Shown in pieces: positions 37,801 through 50,965 of a stretch of DNA of 63,756 nt. This DNA is from Octopus bimaculoides (taxonomy: Eukaryota). Every line of letters begins with the position of its first letter. Position 1 is the stretch's first letter. Location: positions 70,124,742-70,188,497 of the forward strand of contig NC_068986.1 in NCBI RefSeq assembly GCF_001194135.2. Direction: 5' to 3'. A program made the position numbers and the translations under genes. The notes under the pieces are model-generated. The model was not told the origin of the DNA. It did not search any database and worked only from the letters and a program-made list of their open reading frames with translations.

Positions 37801-39869
37801 TGTAAGTTTCACTCTTTAATGCAAGGTTATTTCTAATAATGTTATTTGCTTAGTAGCATCACAAAATCAGAAGAAAAAAAGAGAAATACTTCCATCATTA
37901 AACAAATTCATCTTTGGCGCACTTTTTCCGACAGTGACATAATCTATAAATCGTGCTCTTATCCGTTATTTCACTCAATTTTACACATTTTTCGTTGATT
38001 CGAGTAGTTCAATGGAACAGCTGAACATGAGGTTCGACCCTCATATCTTATTCCATTAAAAGAATTTTTGCGCCAAAATAAAAATAAATAAATAAATAAA
38101 AGAGAAGCATACTACACATTCCAACACACAATGATTAATTGTATGAGGGCGCAGTGTGTCAAATGGGAGTGATCGTAGATAAACAGGCACGATGGACTCC
38201 TCCTAAGCGCGACAATTGCTGTTCCTTTGCATTCCAGTACTATGGTTGGGCTAATGAGATTATTATTTTTATGATTAAGTAGTTTTGTTGGGATAGTTTG
38301 GATTCAGTGGGAGAGCTAGGGATTTTACGGTTTTGTTTCAATATTGCAGTATTTTAGTGTGGTGAACACTGTGGTGTATCTGCAGTTGATTTTATGCTTG
38401 TTGTAAAATTGACTCTGCGAGTTGGCCGCCCAGCTGACTCACTGCATCTCATCTTCATACAACTAACCATCGTACGTCGGAATGTGCACTATGTTTCTCT
38501 TCTTTTTTTTTTCAAAGGGATTTGAGTCCCAAACGAGGCTGGCATAATCCAGGACGAATCTAAGATTTACTACATATATTTTGTACACCATTGTTTCTTT
38601 GTTTGATCAAATGTAATAATGTTATACCTGTGATACCGATGCATCCTTGCACACGTTTTTGCTTTACTGTCTTTCATCTATGTTAAAAATGCTGTGGAAT
38701 TAATATATGTAATTTCTAGTATTTTTTGTCTCCTGAATATTTGGTATGTTTATGTTCACACTTTCTCTTCGACATACGACCGAGTTCCGTTCGATCTGGT
38801 CGTATGTCAGATTTATATTTTTCAACACTATTTTCATTCAAACGGGTTATAAAAGTATAAAACACAAAAATTTAATCCATAATTATTGTACATAATGTGA
38901 AAGATACATATGTTTTGTATTGTATTGTAAACAAAAATACAATCTAAAATTAATGTAAAAATGAATACAAATGAAATTCCGCATACATACAATAAAAAAG
39001 TATTGTTCTTGTGAAGAAGTGCAATTGATAAATTTTTAAACTCCATAGTCGTGTTCTTAGGTTGAGATAAATGGTTTTTCGAGGAACATGGTGAGCTTTG
39101 TTTGAATAGTTCTTTTTTTTTCCTTTTTTTCATTTATATCTTACGATAACAACGCACAGTACCTTGAATGATAGGTTCAACCTTTGCAAAGCGTTTGGTA
39201 TCAGGATCCATTGTTTCGAAACTATGCTGCCGTAGTTATCGTACGCGCAGCTGCCTAACGTTCGAAAATCGATTTTTTTTTTTATCTATTTTTTTTTTAT
39301 CTATTTTTTTTTTTTTGTGGTCATAAATGCAAATGGTTGGAAGTCGCATAGGTCGGAAGTTGAGGAAGGGAAAATTGCTGATCATGATGATTGGTTGTAT
39401 ATGTTATCCTCTGGTGTTAATTATGAGGGCGGTGACAGTAGATTTGGTAAGGGTTACTTTGGGTGTGTTCTTTATAAGCTAGTTTAATCGGAAATTGATA
39501 CAAATTTGGAGACGTTGTGCAGCTGTGTTGGAGAATAGTGGCAAGATCTATGTTGTTTACTGCGTAGGATGTTGTATATATTTCTTAGAGTGGCTGTGAG
39601 AAAATCGTGTTTGTTTTGCTTGACAAAAATGAGCAAGGGGACATTGCTAGTTTTCAAAGTGTTGATTTTGTACGGTACATAGAATTGGTGGCCTGACAAT
39701 TTGCTAGCCAGCATTTTGTGTGTGTGTATGTGTATGTTTGTTTTAATGAGATAATGAGTAGCCCTTGTATAATTTGATATCGGGGAATGGTGCCGAAAGA
39801 ATTGGTATATAGAAGTTAGAATAGTCCACGTGGGAGGTAATTCGTTTTCTCTTATCTTTTATATTTTGT

Positions 39870-40215
39870 TTCAGTCACTGAACTGTTGCCATGCTGGGGC
39901 ACAACCTTGAAGGGATTTAGTTGAGCAAATCGATCCCAGTACATCTTTTTTAAAACTCGTACATATTCTATCGATCACTTTTGCCGAATCTTTAAATTAC
40001 CGGGACGTAAACAAACCAACATCGGTTATCTAGCGGTGGCGGGAGATAAAGACACAAACACATACACATACAAACACACGCGCACATATAATCACGGGCT
40101 TCCACACAGTTTCTGTCAACCAAATTCACTCACAAGGAATTGGTCGGCCTGGGCTATAACAGAGGATACTTGCCCAAGGTGCCGCGCAGGGGGACTGAAT
40201 ACGAAACCAAGTAGT
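39870..40215 (-). mobile_element. Bipartite CORE-type SINE
   Basis: TTTCAGTCACTGAACTGTTGCCATGCTGGGGCAC... tail and ...CCCAAGGTGCCGCGCAGGGGGACTGAA head. Confidence 0.8.
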
Positions 40216-40859
40216 TACAAAGGGAGCTGCTGCAAACATAGCAGAAGAATGGTTTGTCACTGGATCTATAAAATTAAAATAATTTATTAATGCATTAGCA
40301 AAGTTTTGTTTCGCTACTCTTCTAAACCGCAGAATATATCTACAACAGATTTTAGTGAACACTTCATTTACAGACACTTGCCAACACTATGTCTCTATAT
40401 ATGAGATTCTCCAGAAAAAAAATGCGGATTGATCTGGACGATTTTAAAGACAGTGTTTGAATTTTTTTAGCGACTGAATACTCCTTCTTTATCCCTTTTC
40501 TTATCAAATTTCTTTTGAAATAGACTACGTTGTTTCAATTAATTATGAAAATAATGAAGAATTTAGTAAATTACCTTTGTCAGTATTGGAACTTGTTTAC
40601 GTTATTCTTCTTTTACTGAATATATCTACAGGCACTTCAACCACAAACACTTGTAACAGTTTTACTTCATTGTGTTGAACCGTTAAACCCTACAAATTTT
40701 TTCTCTCTCCGTTTTTCTTTTTTTTTTTTTTGTTCTCTCTTCATTTTTTCCCTTCTCAGTCCTTTCTCTCCTAGACTTTTCCATTCTTCTCGAGCGTCAA
40801 ACCTGTCTTCATCTTTTGTTTTCTGTAAATTCGAACTATATTCTTTTCTTTTACTTGTT

Positions 40860-42062
40860 TTAGTCATTTGACTGCGGCCATGCTGGAGCACCGCCTTTAG
40901 TTGAGTAAATCGACCTCAGGACTTATTCTGTGTAAGCCTAGTACTTATTCTATCGGTCATTTTTACCGAACCACTAAGTTACGGGGACGTAAACACACCA
41001 GCATCGGTTGTCAAGCGATGTTGTAGGGAAAAACACAAACACAAAAATACACAAACACACATACACNNNNNNNNNNNNNNNNNNNNNNNNNNNNNNNNNN
41101 NNNNNNNNNNNNNNNNNNNNNNNNNNNNNNNNNNNNNNNNNNNNNNNNNNNNNNNNNNNNNNNNNNNNNNNNNNNNNNNNNNNNNNNNNNNNNNNNNNNN
41201 NNNNNNNNNNNNNNNNNNNNNNNNNNNNNNNNNNNNNNNNNNNNNNNNNNNNNNNNNNNNNNNNNNNNNNNNNNNNNNNNNNNNNNNNNNNNNNNNNNNN
41301 NNNNNNNNNNNNNNNNNNNNNNNNNNNNNNNNNNNNNNNNNNNNNNNNNNNNNNNNNNNNNNNNNNNNNNNNNNNNNNNNNNNNNNNNNNNNNNNNNNNN
41401 NNNNNNNNNNNNNNNNNNNNNNNNNNNNNNNNNNNNNNNNNNNNNNNNNNNNNNNNNNNNNNNNNNNNNNNNNNNNNNNNNNNNNNNNNNNNNNNNNNNN
41501 NNNNNNNNNNNNNNNNNNNNNNNNNNNNNNNNNNNNNNNNNNNNNNNNNNNNNNNNNNNNNNNNNNNNNNNNNNNNNNNNNNNNNNNNNNNNNNNNNNNN
41601 NNNNNNNNNNNNNNNNNNNNNNNNNNNNNNNNNNNNNNNNNNNNNNNNNNNNNNNNNNNNNNNNNNNNNNNNNNNNNNNNNNNNNNNNNNNNNNNNNNNN
41701 NNNNNNNNNNNNNNNNNNNNNNNNNNNNNNNNNNNNNNNNNNNNNNNNNNNNNNNNNNNNNNNNNNNNNNNNNNNNNNNNNNNNNNNNNNNNNNNNNNNN
41801 NNNNNNNNNNNNNNNNNNNNNNNNNNNNNNNNNNNNNNTATATATATATATATATATATTTCTATATATATATCCATATATATGCATATATATATATATG
41901 ATACTCTTCTTTCAGTTTCCATCTACCATATCCACTCACAAGGCTTTGGTCGGCCCGAAGCTATAGTAGAAGACACTTGCCCAAGGTGCCACGCAATAGG
42001 ACTGAACCCGGAACCATGTGGTTGGTTAGCAAGCTACATACCCCACAGCCACTCCTGCGCCT
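40860..42062 (-). mobile_element. Bipartite CORE-type SINE spanning an assembly gap (tail 40860-41045, head 41905-42062); may be two separate copies
   Basis: Both modules are recognisable, with (CA)n, Ns and (TA)n between them. Confidence 0.7.
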
Positions 42063-42767
42063 AGGTAAAATTGATTTAAATTTAAACCACAGTAACATTT
42101 TTCTTCAATTTTTCTAGAACAAATAAGTAACAGAATCGGATTTAACGTGAAAAATTATTTCAATATACCAAATTTGAATATTTTCACGTAAATTTAAAAT
42201 TTCACATGAAGTGAAGGCCCTACAAAAGTAGAGAGACAGAGAGTTATAGAACATGACACACACACAAACAAACACTCATACACACACATATACACACATT
42301 TACAAACGTGCACACAGGTAATCATGAGTTTAAAATGGTGTATAGTAGACATATGTATGTATGCGTGGATGGATGGATGGATGGATGGATGGACGTATGT
42401 ATTATGTATGTATATATATATATATATATANNNNNNNNNNNNNNNNNNNNNNNNNNNNNNNNNNNNNNNNNNNNNNNNNNNNNNNNNNNNNNNNNNNNNN
42501 NNNNNNNNNNNNNNNNNNNNNNNNNNNNNNNNNNNNNNNNNNNNNNNNNNNNNNNNNNNNNNNNNNNNNNNNNNNNNNNNNNNNNNNNNNNNNNNNNNNN
42601 NNNNNNNNNNNNNNNNNNNNNNNNNNNNNNNNNNNNNNNNNNNNNNNNNNNNNNNNNNNNNNNNNNNNNNNNNNNNNNNNNNNNNNNNNNNNNNNNNNNN
42701 NNNNNNNNNNNNNNNNNNNNNNNNNNNNNNNNNNNNNNNNNNNNNNNNNNNNNNNNNNNNNNNNNNN

Positions 42768-42813
<46 letters not shown>

Positions 42814-43029
42814 ATGTATCTATGTGTTTACGAAAGTATATATGCGGCGTCCCGTGTATATCCGTGAATGACAGCTGTAATAACGTTATCATACCACTGT
42901 CGCTCCATATTTGTCGCTTACACAACGCTGTTCTCCTCTTCCCTGATATCATCCACACTCACTATGCCACTACATTTCCCCCACAGTAACACTCTGCACC
43001 ATTCTCATTTTATCAAATAATATCTCATC

Positions 43030-43198
43030 TTATTAGGCGGGGCATTATAGATTTTTATTGAAATCTAATTAGCCTATAACTGAACTGGATGTTAATTTAA
43101 TATGTATGCAAAGTTTCGTCAAGATTGGTTCACTGGTGTTAGCAGCAAGATTATAAGAGTCAGATCGATAGACAGAAATTGCCATTTATGTATAAGAT
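43030..43198 (+). mobile_element. Probable non-autonomous Helitron/Helentron 3' fragment
   Basis: TATGTATGCAAAGTTTCGTCAAGATTGGTTCACTGGTG...GACAGAAATTGCCATTTATGTATAAGAT resembles common invertebrate Helitron-N ends (recalled resemblance). Confidence 0.45.
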
Positions 43199-44234
43199 AC
43201 ATTTGTAATGATTTCCTTCGAAGAAATCAAGAAAATCGGAGCCGCACGTAAATTGAAACTGCTTCTCATCATATCATATAGTTCTATCAAGGCACAAACT
43301 TTTAAAATCACATGATCTGAAGGAACTAAGCAAATGTGTTTGAAAATTCATTTTTCCTACAGTCGTAGTTTTATCGTATAATTTTGCCTGAATAAATAAA
43401 AGGAAGGCGTAAATCTGAGTTGCAATTGAGCAAAACGGACGTTCATATAAATAAACGACAAAACAATATTTATTAAGTACATTTTCTTGTATGCATACAC
43501 AAACCACAAACACACAAACACACGTACGTGCGTACGTACGTACGTACTTACTTATGTATGTATGTATGTATGTATGTATGTATGTNNNNNNNNNNGTATG
43601 TATGTATGTATGTATGTATGTATGTATGTATGTATGTATGTATGTATGTATGTATGTATGTATGTATGTATGCATCGTCACTCAGTTAATATAATCAGAT
43701 ATATTTATCAAACAATTAATAGTCACGATGTTTCAATCGTTTTTATTTCTTTACCGCGCTTTCAATTTTTCATTTGCAATATTTCGAAAGGACCATTTCC
43801 GAAAAGACATTTGTCATACATTTAATTATAGATAGATTTAAAAACCTAACGTATCTAACAAAATAGCGAATAGTATCTAGAATATAATTTAAATAAATAA
43901 CTTTTAGGCTAGTGCATCAGAAATCTTATTTATTAAGCTATTTAATCGAAACTGACTTTCTGACGCCAGGCTAATTAAATAAATATCTATGTACATTATA
44001 CATGGTATGCCTGTTTAGCCAAGCGAAAACATGAAATAAAGTATTAATACAATTAATACACTCTTACACACACATAAATATAGCATGCATATAAACGCGC
44101 AAGCAGTAACATATGTAGACTTACATATATGTGTATACACACAAACACACTCACACACACACACACATATACATATATATATATCCACACACACGCATAT
44201 ATATTTATACGCATACACATATATATATATGTAC

Positions 44235-44465
44235 GGCGGCAAGCTGGCAGAAACGTTAGCACGCCGGGCGAAATGCTTAGCGGCATTTCGTCTGCCGCTA
44301 CGTTCTGAGTTCAAATTCCGCCGAGGTCGACTTTGCCTTTCATCCTTTCGGGGTCGATTAAATAAGTACCAGTTACGCACTGTGGTCGATATTATCGACT
44401 TAATCCGTTTGTCTGTCCTTTTTTATCCCCTCTGTGTGTATCCCCTTGTGAGTAGTAAAAAAATA
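44235..44465 (+). mobile_element. Nin/Deu-domain SINE, low divergence, alternative 3' tail
   Basis: Near-consensus head and domain. The tail is AATCCGTTTGTCTGTCCTT...CCCCTTGTGAGTAGTAAAAAAATAA rather than ...GGCCTTGTGCC. Confidence 0.9.
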
Positions 44466-44799
44466 ACATCCATATATGTACTGTTATATAATATATATAT
44501 ATATATAAACACATACATGCATATACATACATACATGCATTCATACATACGGTCATATATACATACATACATACATACACACAAACACGTATAGATGCAT
44601 ACATATGCACACGCACACACACGCACAAACATACATACATAATGTAAATACATATTTGTCTCATTGTATTTACAGCTTCAATATTAACGACACAATCTTT
44701 ATATAGAGAAAAAAAAACCAGATCTGTCAAAAAAATGTTCTGTATTTTGTTTCCGAAGCACCAATACTAATGCGAAAATGAAAAAAATTGAGCGGGTAA

Positions 44800-45640
44800 C
44801 TCAAAAACCGAACCCTTTCACCTGATCAGATTCAGGAAAGAAACAAAATAAGAGTGTTGAACTGGAGCTAGAACAACCCAATGGAAAAAGAACTTCACTG
44901 AAGGAACGCAGCTCAGTGAAAAATATAAAATCTAATGCCATGTTCTTCGTCTTTACAAAAATAGCTCATCCACCCATAATAAAGTTGCTCCTCTAATATT
45001 TTAACAGACCAGAATGAATGAGGTACTAAGAAACCATAGCGAATCGTTGAAACAACAGTACACCAATTCTTTCTCATACATGATGCTCAAAAAATAGTGT
45101 AAAGTAAAAAAGAGTTTTCAACTCGCAAAGCTCAACAACGGAAACACTTTTAGAAGCCATTGATATCATGGAAGATGATGTGACCATGATTATTAAAGAT
45201 TCAGACTCAAACTTTACACCAGGACCGGCGTCTCCTAGTCATACGTTCAAAAATTGCGCAAAAAATAGCCTTACTATCCCATTAAAGATTCTATTATCAA
45301 AACTCTCTACTGACCAGCGTATTTACAGATATACTGAAAGAAGTTGCATATCCACAAATGAGGTGGTAGTGCCGAGGTTAAAAGTTAAAAACCTAATTTC
45401 TCTTTCATCTCACATGTCTGAGAATTTAGAACTCATTGCCTAAAAGAGAATTAACTAGTTCGAGGAATACGACATCTTAGATAATACACAGTATAGTTTT
45501 TCAAGAGGACGAGGTTGCCTGACACAACATTGTAATACCGATGTTAACAATCTCCTCAGGAATGTGAATACTAACTGCATATTCCTTAATTTTGCTAAAG
45601 TTTCCTCATCTGTCATAGATTAAGAGGTCGTGGCATCACT
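44800..45640 (+). mobile_element. CR1-like LINE ORF2 fossil (tether to RT start)
   Basis: IKSNAMFFVF; EDDVTMIIKDSDSNFTPGP; KNCAKNSLTIPLKIL; ISLSSHMSENLELI; QYSFSRGRGCLTQ; CIFLNFAK (DFAKAFD motif). Confidence 0.75.
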
Positions 45641-46489
45641 AAAAAGTTCGGTGTATAGCTCTTTGTCATTTTACTGATTATAAATCATTCTGTTACAGGC
45701 AACGGTCTAAGTCATCTTAATAAGCACAGTCCTACAGTCATTGTTATTTACCATCACACTATCAAGTATAAGCGCACAGGTACTCTCAGCCAATCTAACG
45801 ATGTCACAAATATATAAATGGAAATCAGAACTGCTGGATATGCCGATACACTTCAAAATATACTAAACCTAATCTATCAAAGAGCAAATCAAATTATGAA
45901 CTAAATTTCATATTTTGCATTGAAATGCAACAAAATTCTGGATTCTTAAATACGGAGTACATAAGCAAAAGCACAAATTATTTAACACAAGATAATAAAT
46001 CAATTAACGATTCTGACACAATACAGGACTTACTAAGAACTATGTCAAATTATGCGTTACCAAACTGACCTATGTTTGCAAATATCTCACAGGGAAGATC
46101 ATGCGAACTTCCTCATATGACTGCAATCATGCTGATATTATAGAAAACCTTAGTTTTTAGTTGACGAGGTTACTGTTTATAACTGGTTTCCAAATACCCA
46201 AGGTTTATATATGAATTTACACACACACACACACACGCGCGCACGCACACACACTATGTATTTATGTATGTATGTATTTATGTATGTATGTGTATGTATG
46301 TATGTATGTATGTATGCAACCATGTATGTAACATGCCGATTTTGTGCTTATGCACGAGAAGCATTCACAAACTTTAGACATCAAGTTGTAACATCGCGTG
46401 AAACTCAGAAAATCTTCCATGCACACACGCATGCGCACACGCACACCCTCTCTCTCACACACACACACACACACACATTTATATATATG

Positions 46490-46600
46490 ACAAGCTTCCA
46501 CACAATTTTCGTCAACTAAAATCTCTCGTAAGGCAATGGCCGGCCCAGAGCTATGGTAGAATACACTTGCCCGAGGAATCATGCCGTGGAATGAAATCGA
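46490..46600 (-). mobile_element. CORE-type SINE head fragment
   Basis: GGCCGGCCCAGAGCTATGGTAGAATACACTTGCCCGAGG. Confidence 0.7.
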
Positions 46601-47143
46601 AACTGTTAAACCGAACTTCTTAATAACAAACTCATGTTTGTGCCTATAATCCGTAATTGCTTGACCACTTAAGTCACGATGAATTTCCAAGATATGCTGT
46701 TCACCGTTGCTACACTTAAATATAAATTGTTATGACGATTGAAACCATGAGTCTATCACTACAAGTTAAGTGATTTTTTAAATAAGTGTTTTTACTAATG
46801 AACGAGTCATCTAACACTTTGCCTGTTCTGTATTTCACATGTAGCACATAAAACATATTTCCATGAGGTCCATGTATCACATATGATACACATTCCCAAT
46901 TTTTATTTAATCTCCAGAGTAACTTAGGACTTGCGAAATGAAAACTTAAATTAGTCAGGATGTATGACTAATTAAAAGGGCTAATTAAAAGTCTGAAAAT
47001 AAGCATGGATGTTTAGAACAAACTTATGAAAATGCTTTGGACGAGCAAATAGTTTCCATTCAGAAATGGTTTTCAAGCCTACGAGATGCATTCCAAAAGT
47101 TTTCAGAGTATTTTAAGAGAGACAGTTATAAATGTTCTAGATT

Positions 47144-47447
47144 ATTGCCTCCGCCTTAGCGAAGGCCGAGGTATTATTTTCAAACGCGTTTGTTTGTTTG
47201 TCCATGGACAAGATACCCCAAGAACGGCCGGATGGATTCGGATGAAACTTTTAGGGATGTTTGGCCTCGTGACTGGCACGAACTGATTAGATTTTGGGAT
47301 CGATCTGGTGCCGGACAAGGATTCTGGATTATTTTTCAGTTTTTTGGGGTTTTTTTTTTTTACTTAATTTTTGAGAGCGGTCGGGTTCGTTTTTAGTCTT
47401 CTCGTTTGTGAGAGCAGTCGAGCTTATTTCAGATATTCTCATATTAN
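47144..47447 (+). mobile_element. Helentron-associated non-autonomous element (DINE-1/HINE-like), 5' end
   Basis: Opens with the imperfect hairpin CCTCCGCCTT-AGCG-AAGGCCGAGG, then TTTGTTTGTTTGTCC and GGATTCGGATGAAACTT. Confidence 0.65.
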
Positions 47448-47820
47448 NNNNNNNNNNNNNNNNNNNNNNNNNNNNNNNNNNNNNNNNNNNNNNNNNNNNN
47501 NNNNNNNNNNNNNNNNNNNNNNNNNNNNNNNNNNNNNNNNNNNNNNNNNNNNNNNNNNNNNNNNNNNNNNNNNNNNNNNNNNNNNNNNNNNNNNNNNNNN
47601 NNNNNNNNNNNNNNNNNNNNNNNNNNNNNNNNNNNNNNNNNNNNNNNNNNNNNNNNNNNNNNNNNNNNNNNNNNNNNNNNNNNNNNNNNNNNNNNNNNNN
47701 NNNNNNNNNNNNNNNNNNNNNNNNNNNNNNNNNNNNNNNNNNNNNNNNNNNNNNNNNNNNNNNNNNNNNNNNNNNNNNNNNNNNNNNNNNNNNNNNNNNN
47801 NNNNNNNNNNNNNNNNNNNN

Positions 47821-47857
<37 letters not shown>

Positions 47858-47869
47858 GTATTTGTGTTT

Positions 47870-48070
47870 GACCCCCATCACCGCTTGACAACCGACGTTG
47901 GTGTGTTTCCGTCCCCGTAACTTAATAGTTGAGCAAGAAAGACCGATAGAATAAGTACTAGGCCTTAAAAAATAAGTCCTAAGGTCGATTTGTTCGACTT
48001 AAATCCTTCAAGGCGGTGCTCCAGCATGGCCGCAGTCAAATGACTGAAACAAATAAAAGAATAAAAGAAT
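47870..48070 (+). mobile_element. CORE-type SINE 3' module after (TG)n and a gap
   Basis: CATCACCGCTTGACAACCGACGTTGG...AAATGACTGAAACAAATAAAAGAATAAAAGAAT. Confidence 0.85.
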
Positions 48071-48179
48071 TACTATATATCTGATAAGCTGATATTCCAA
48101 CTTCTGTAATTCCAGGTTGAAGGAGACGGCTGTAACAGCACTTTATGCACAACCTGCTTAACCCTGCTTGTCACTGCTA

Positions 48180-48840
48180 ACTTGTTTGCGGAAAGCAGTT
48201 AGGACGTGGAGTTTTGTGTTAAACTGGGCAAAAGCACGACAGAAGATTATGCAACGCTCCAGACTACTTATAGATTAACCTTTGCGCTGGCACAAGAGAT
48301 TCAAGGACGATAAAGAGGGGCGAAGAACGATGAGAGGTGTTCAAAGGAGAGGAACGCCAGAACATCAGAGTAGGTCGATTAATTTGCAATTTTCTGTCGT
48401 GTGTCTAAGACAATAAGCATACAGTTTAGAATTGGCAGCTGTACACGGAATTATTCATGAAGATCTGAACATGCACAAAATATGTGCAAAGTTTGTGCTC
48501 AGTGACGAGAATCCTGGCAACCAACTATTTGACAAAGATGGGCATCAAAACTGTCCCTCGCTATTCCTACAGTCCAGACCTTGCTCTATGTGACTTGGTT
48601 GTTCCCCAAGCTGAACGGGAACCCCAGAAGCTGTCGTTTGAAGATGAAGGCGGCTAATACAAGGGTCATGGACATCTTCACTTTGGAGGGATTCTATGGA
48701 GCCTTCAAGAAGTGGCTAGAGCACAACACCAGGTGCATTGTAACCAGAGGATCCTACTTTGAATGAGATTAGAGTTTTGTAATTCTTTGAAATTAATAAA
48801 TGTCTCTCCTAAAAAAGTCTTAAAACTTCGGGAATGCACT
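48180..48840 (+). mobile_element. Internally deleted mariner element
   Basis: FCVKLGKSTTE; IIHEDLNMHKICAKFV; KMGIKTVPRYSYSPDLALCD (YSPDLAPCD motif); C-terminal RCIVTRGSYFE*. Confidence 0.85.
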
Positions 48841-49459
48841 TTGGATCATGCGATAAAATGTCATAGACAATGCAGAAAATGTCATAGAACAGTGAAGAGT
48901 AATATGATTGGGATCAGAGAGAAACTGAAAGGTAACATGATGAATTGAAGCGTATTATAAGATAGTGTCAGAAAAAGACATTTTTATTGCTATTGTGCAT
49001 TTCGCTTGGAATCTGTAGGCAATTAATCTCCCCAGATTACGATCATCTTTGTTCTTTTAAATATAATTACAAAGAGAATATGGCATTTAGCAGTCTTTGT
49101 GAGAATGGGGGAAGTTTTTGAAAGAGCATTTTAACACAAAGCAAGATTCGTTATGAAAGAAAGAGATGCTAGAGCTTCCAGGAAAATTGATCAAATCGGC
49201 AGCATATTATTTTAAGCGATGATTGTGATAATATTAAAACCAAGGATAAAGTTGGGTTTGCCATATCTAGTTATAAATACGAGGTGATAAGGATAGCTAG
49301 TAAGATCGAGGTAGCTTTATAGAGAGTATTTATGTCTGTGAGGAAAGTTTATTCGAGTTTTATTTTAATTTTTGGGCATCAGGACCCACAAGGCCAGTTA
49401 CCCAAAGTGAGCAAGATTACAACGTTCCCTCTCAACGGGACGCTGGCCTGTTACAGGAT

Positions 49460-49660
49460 TCAAGACCAACAGTTTTGAGGGGAGGGGACAAGTTGATTAC
49501 ATCAACCCCAGTACTTGACTGATATTTATTTTATAGAATCCCGAAGGGATGTAAAGCAAAGTTGATTTCGGAGGGAATTTGCACTCAGAACATAAAGATC
49601 TGGAAGAAACGCCGCTACGCATTTTGTCCGACGTGCTAATGATTCTACCAGCTCGTTGCC
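49460..49660 (-). mobile_element. Nin/Deu-domain SINE
   Basis: CCCGAAGGGATGTAAAGCAAAGTTGATTTCGGAGGGAATTTGCACTCAGAAC...TACCAGCTCGTTGCCTT. Confidence 0.8.
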
Positions 49661-49799
49661 TTATATTTGAGGGTTAATGGTAGTCTTTGGAGTCCGAGGA
49701 AGACGGTTCTGCAATTTCTTGCAAAACAACTTGCACAGAGGACTTGTTTGTAGTAATCAAAAGTTTATGATGCTCATAAGCCATCAAATCAACATTACC

Positions 49800-49960
49800 T
49801 GTGGAGTTGTACGATGTACCATATGTCAGATGTCGAAGTGATCACAGATTAACGTAAGATAAAGTGGTTTGCTCAAGAACACAACACACCGCCCGGTACG
49901 AAAATCGAACACACGTTCTCACTAAGTCACGTGCACCCAAACAACTAAGTCACGTTCCCT
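49800..49960 (-). mobile_element. CORE-like tRNA-SINE (third family), diverged
   Basis: GATAAAGTGGTTTGCTCAAGAACACAACACACCGCCCGGTACGAAAATCGAAC is the reverse complement of a B box plus a TGTGTTCTTGAGCAA CORE motif. Confidence 0.65.
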
Positions 49961-50817
49961 CACATTTGAGAATTATGTGGGTTGCTAATGTATCACAAGG
50001 GCAGTGTGTAGCGTTAACTTTGCAAACTACTTATTTCGTTATCATTTCAACTTCCTCACAACAAATCAAGCAAAAACATTAAACCCTACCAACAACAAAA
50101 TATCCAAATTAATTCCTTCCTCTATACGTATCCCACCAGCTAAATTAACCACTCTAATCGTTGGTTAATCGCTCGCCAAAGCAATTTCAACCATAAAGCA
50201 ATCCATTGTTTAGATAACATTTCATTTTATGAAACTATAAATTTTGGCTCACTTCTTTTTAATCTAATTGCAATAACATTTTCCTGCGAGGCAGTAAGCT
50301 TGTAGAAAATTGCAGTTTATCCTACAAATAGAATATCTTATTAGCAGTCATTGCTAATAAGAGATTCTATTTGCAGGGTGGCGTCTATGTTATCTGTCAT
50401 ATTCTCTCAACTAAAGTTTTAATGCTAACCACTTAACCTTTATTATTTGTATGTAACAGTCATAAACCAATGTGTGTATATACATATAAAATTCGAGGAG
50501 TGTACAATGCTGTTAATCTTTATATCGATCTTCCTGTGGGCATGTGTCTGTACATACATACATACATACATACACATATAATATACGAGTTCTCAATTTT
50601 GTATATCAATCATATAGGTATGTATACTTACGCGCATTCACACATAAACGCAAACGCACACACCACACACACATACACACATACACACACACGCACACAG
50701 ACACACACACATACACGCGCGCATGCACACACACACACAAGGATAACTTCAAATCCGAGGAAACTAATGGAGATCTGCATTAGAAAAGATTGTTTTTATT
50801 ATTAGTAAAATTTGATG

Positions 50818-50965
50818 AGCAGTGAGCTATCAGAATCGTTAGCACGCCAGCTTTACATTTTGAGTTCAAATTCCCCCGAGGTCAACTTTGTCCTTCATCC
50901 TTTCGGGTTGAGCAGTAGGGTCGATATAATCAACAAGCCCTTCTTTTAAAATTCCAGGCCTTAGT
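50818..50965 (+). mobile_element. Nin/Deu-domain SINE, internally deleted
   Basis: GAGCTATCAGAATCGTTAGCACGCC...GAGTTCAAATTCCCCGAGGTCAACTTTGTCCTTCATCC. Confidence 0.8.
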
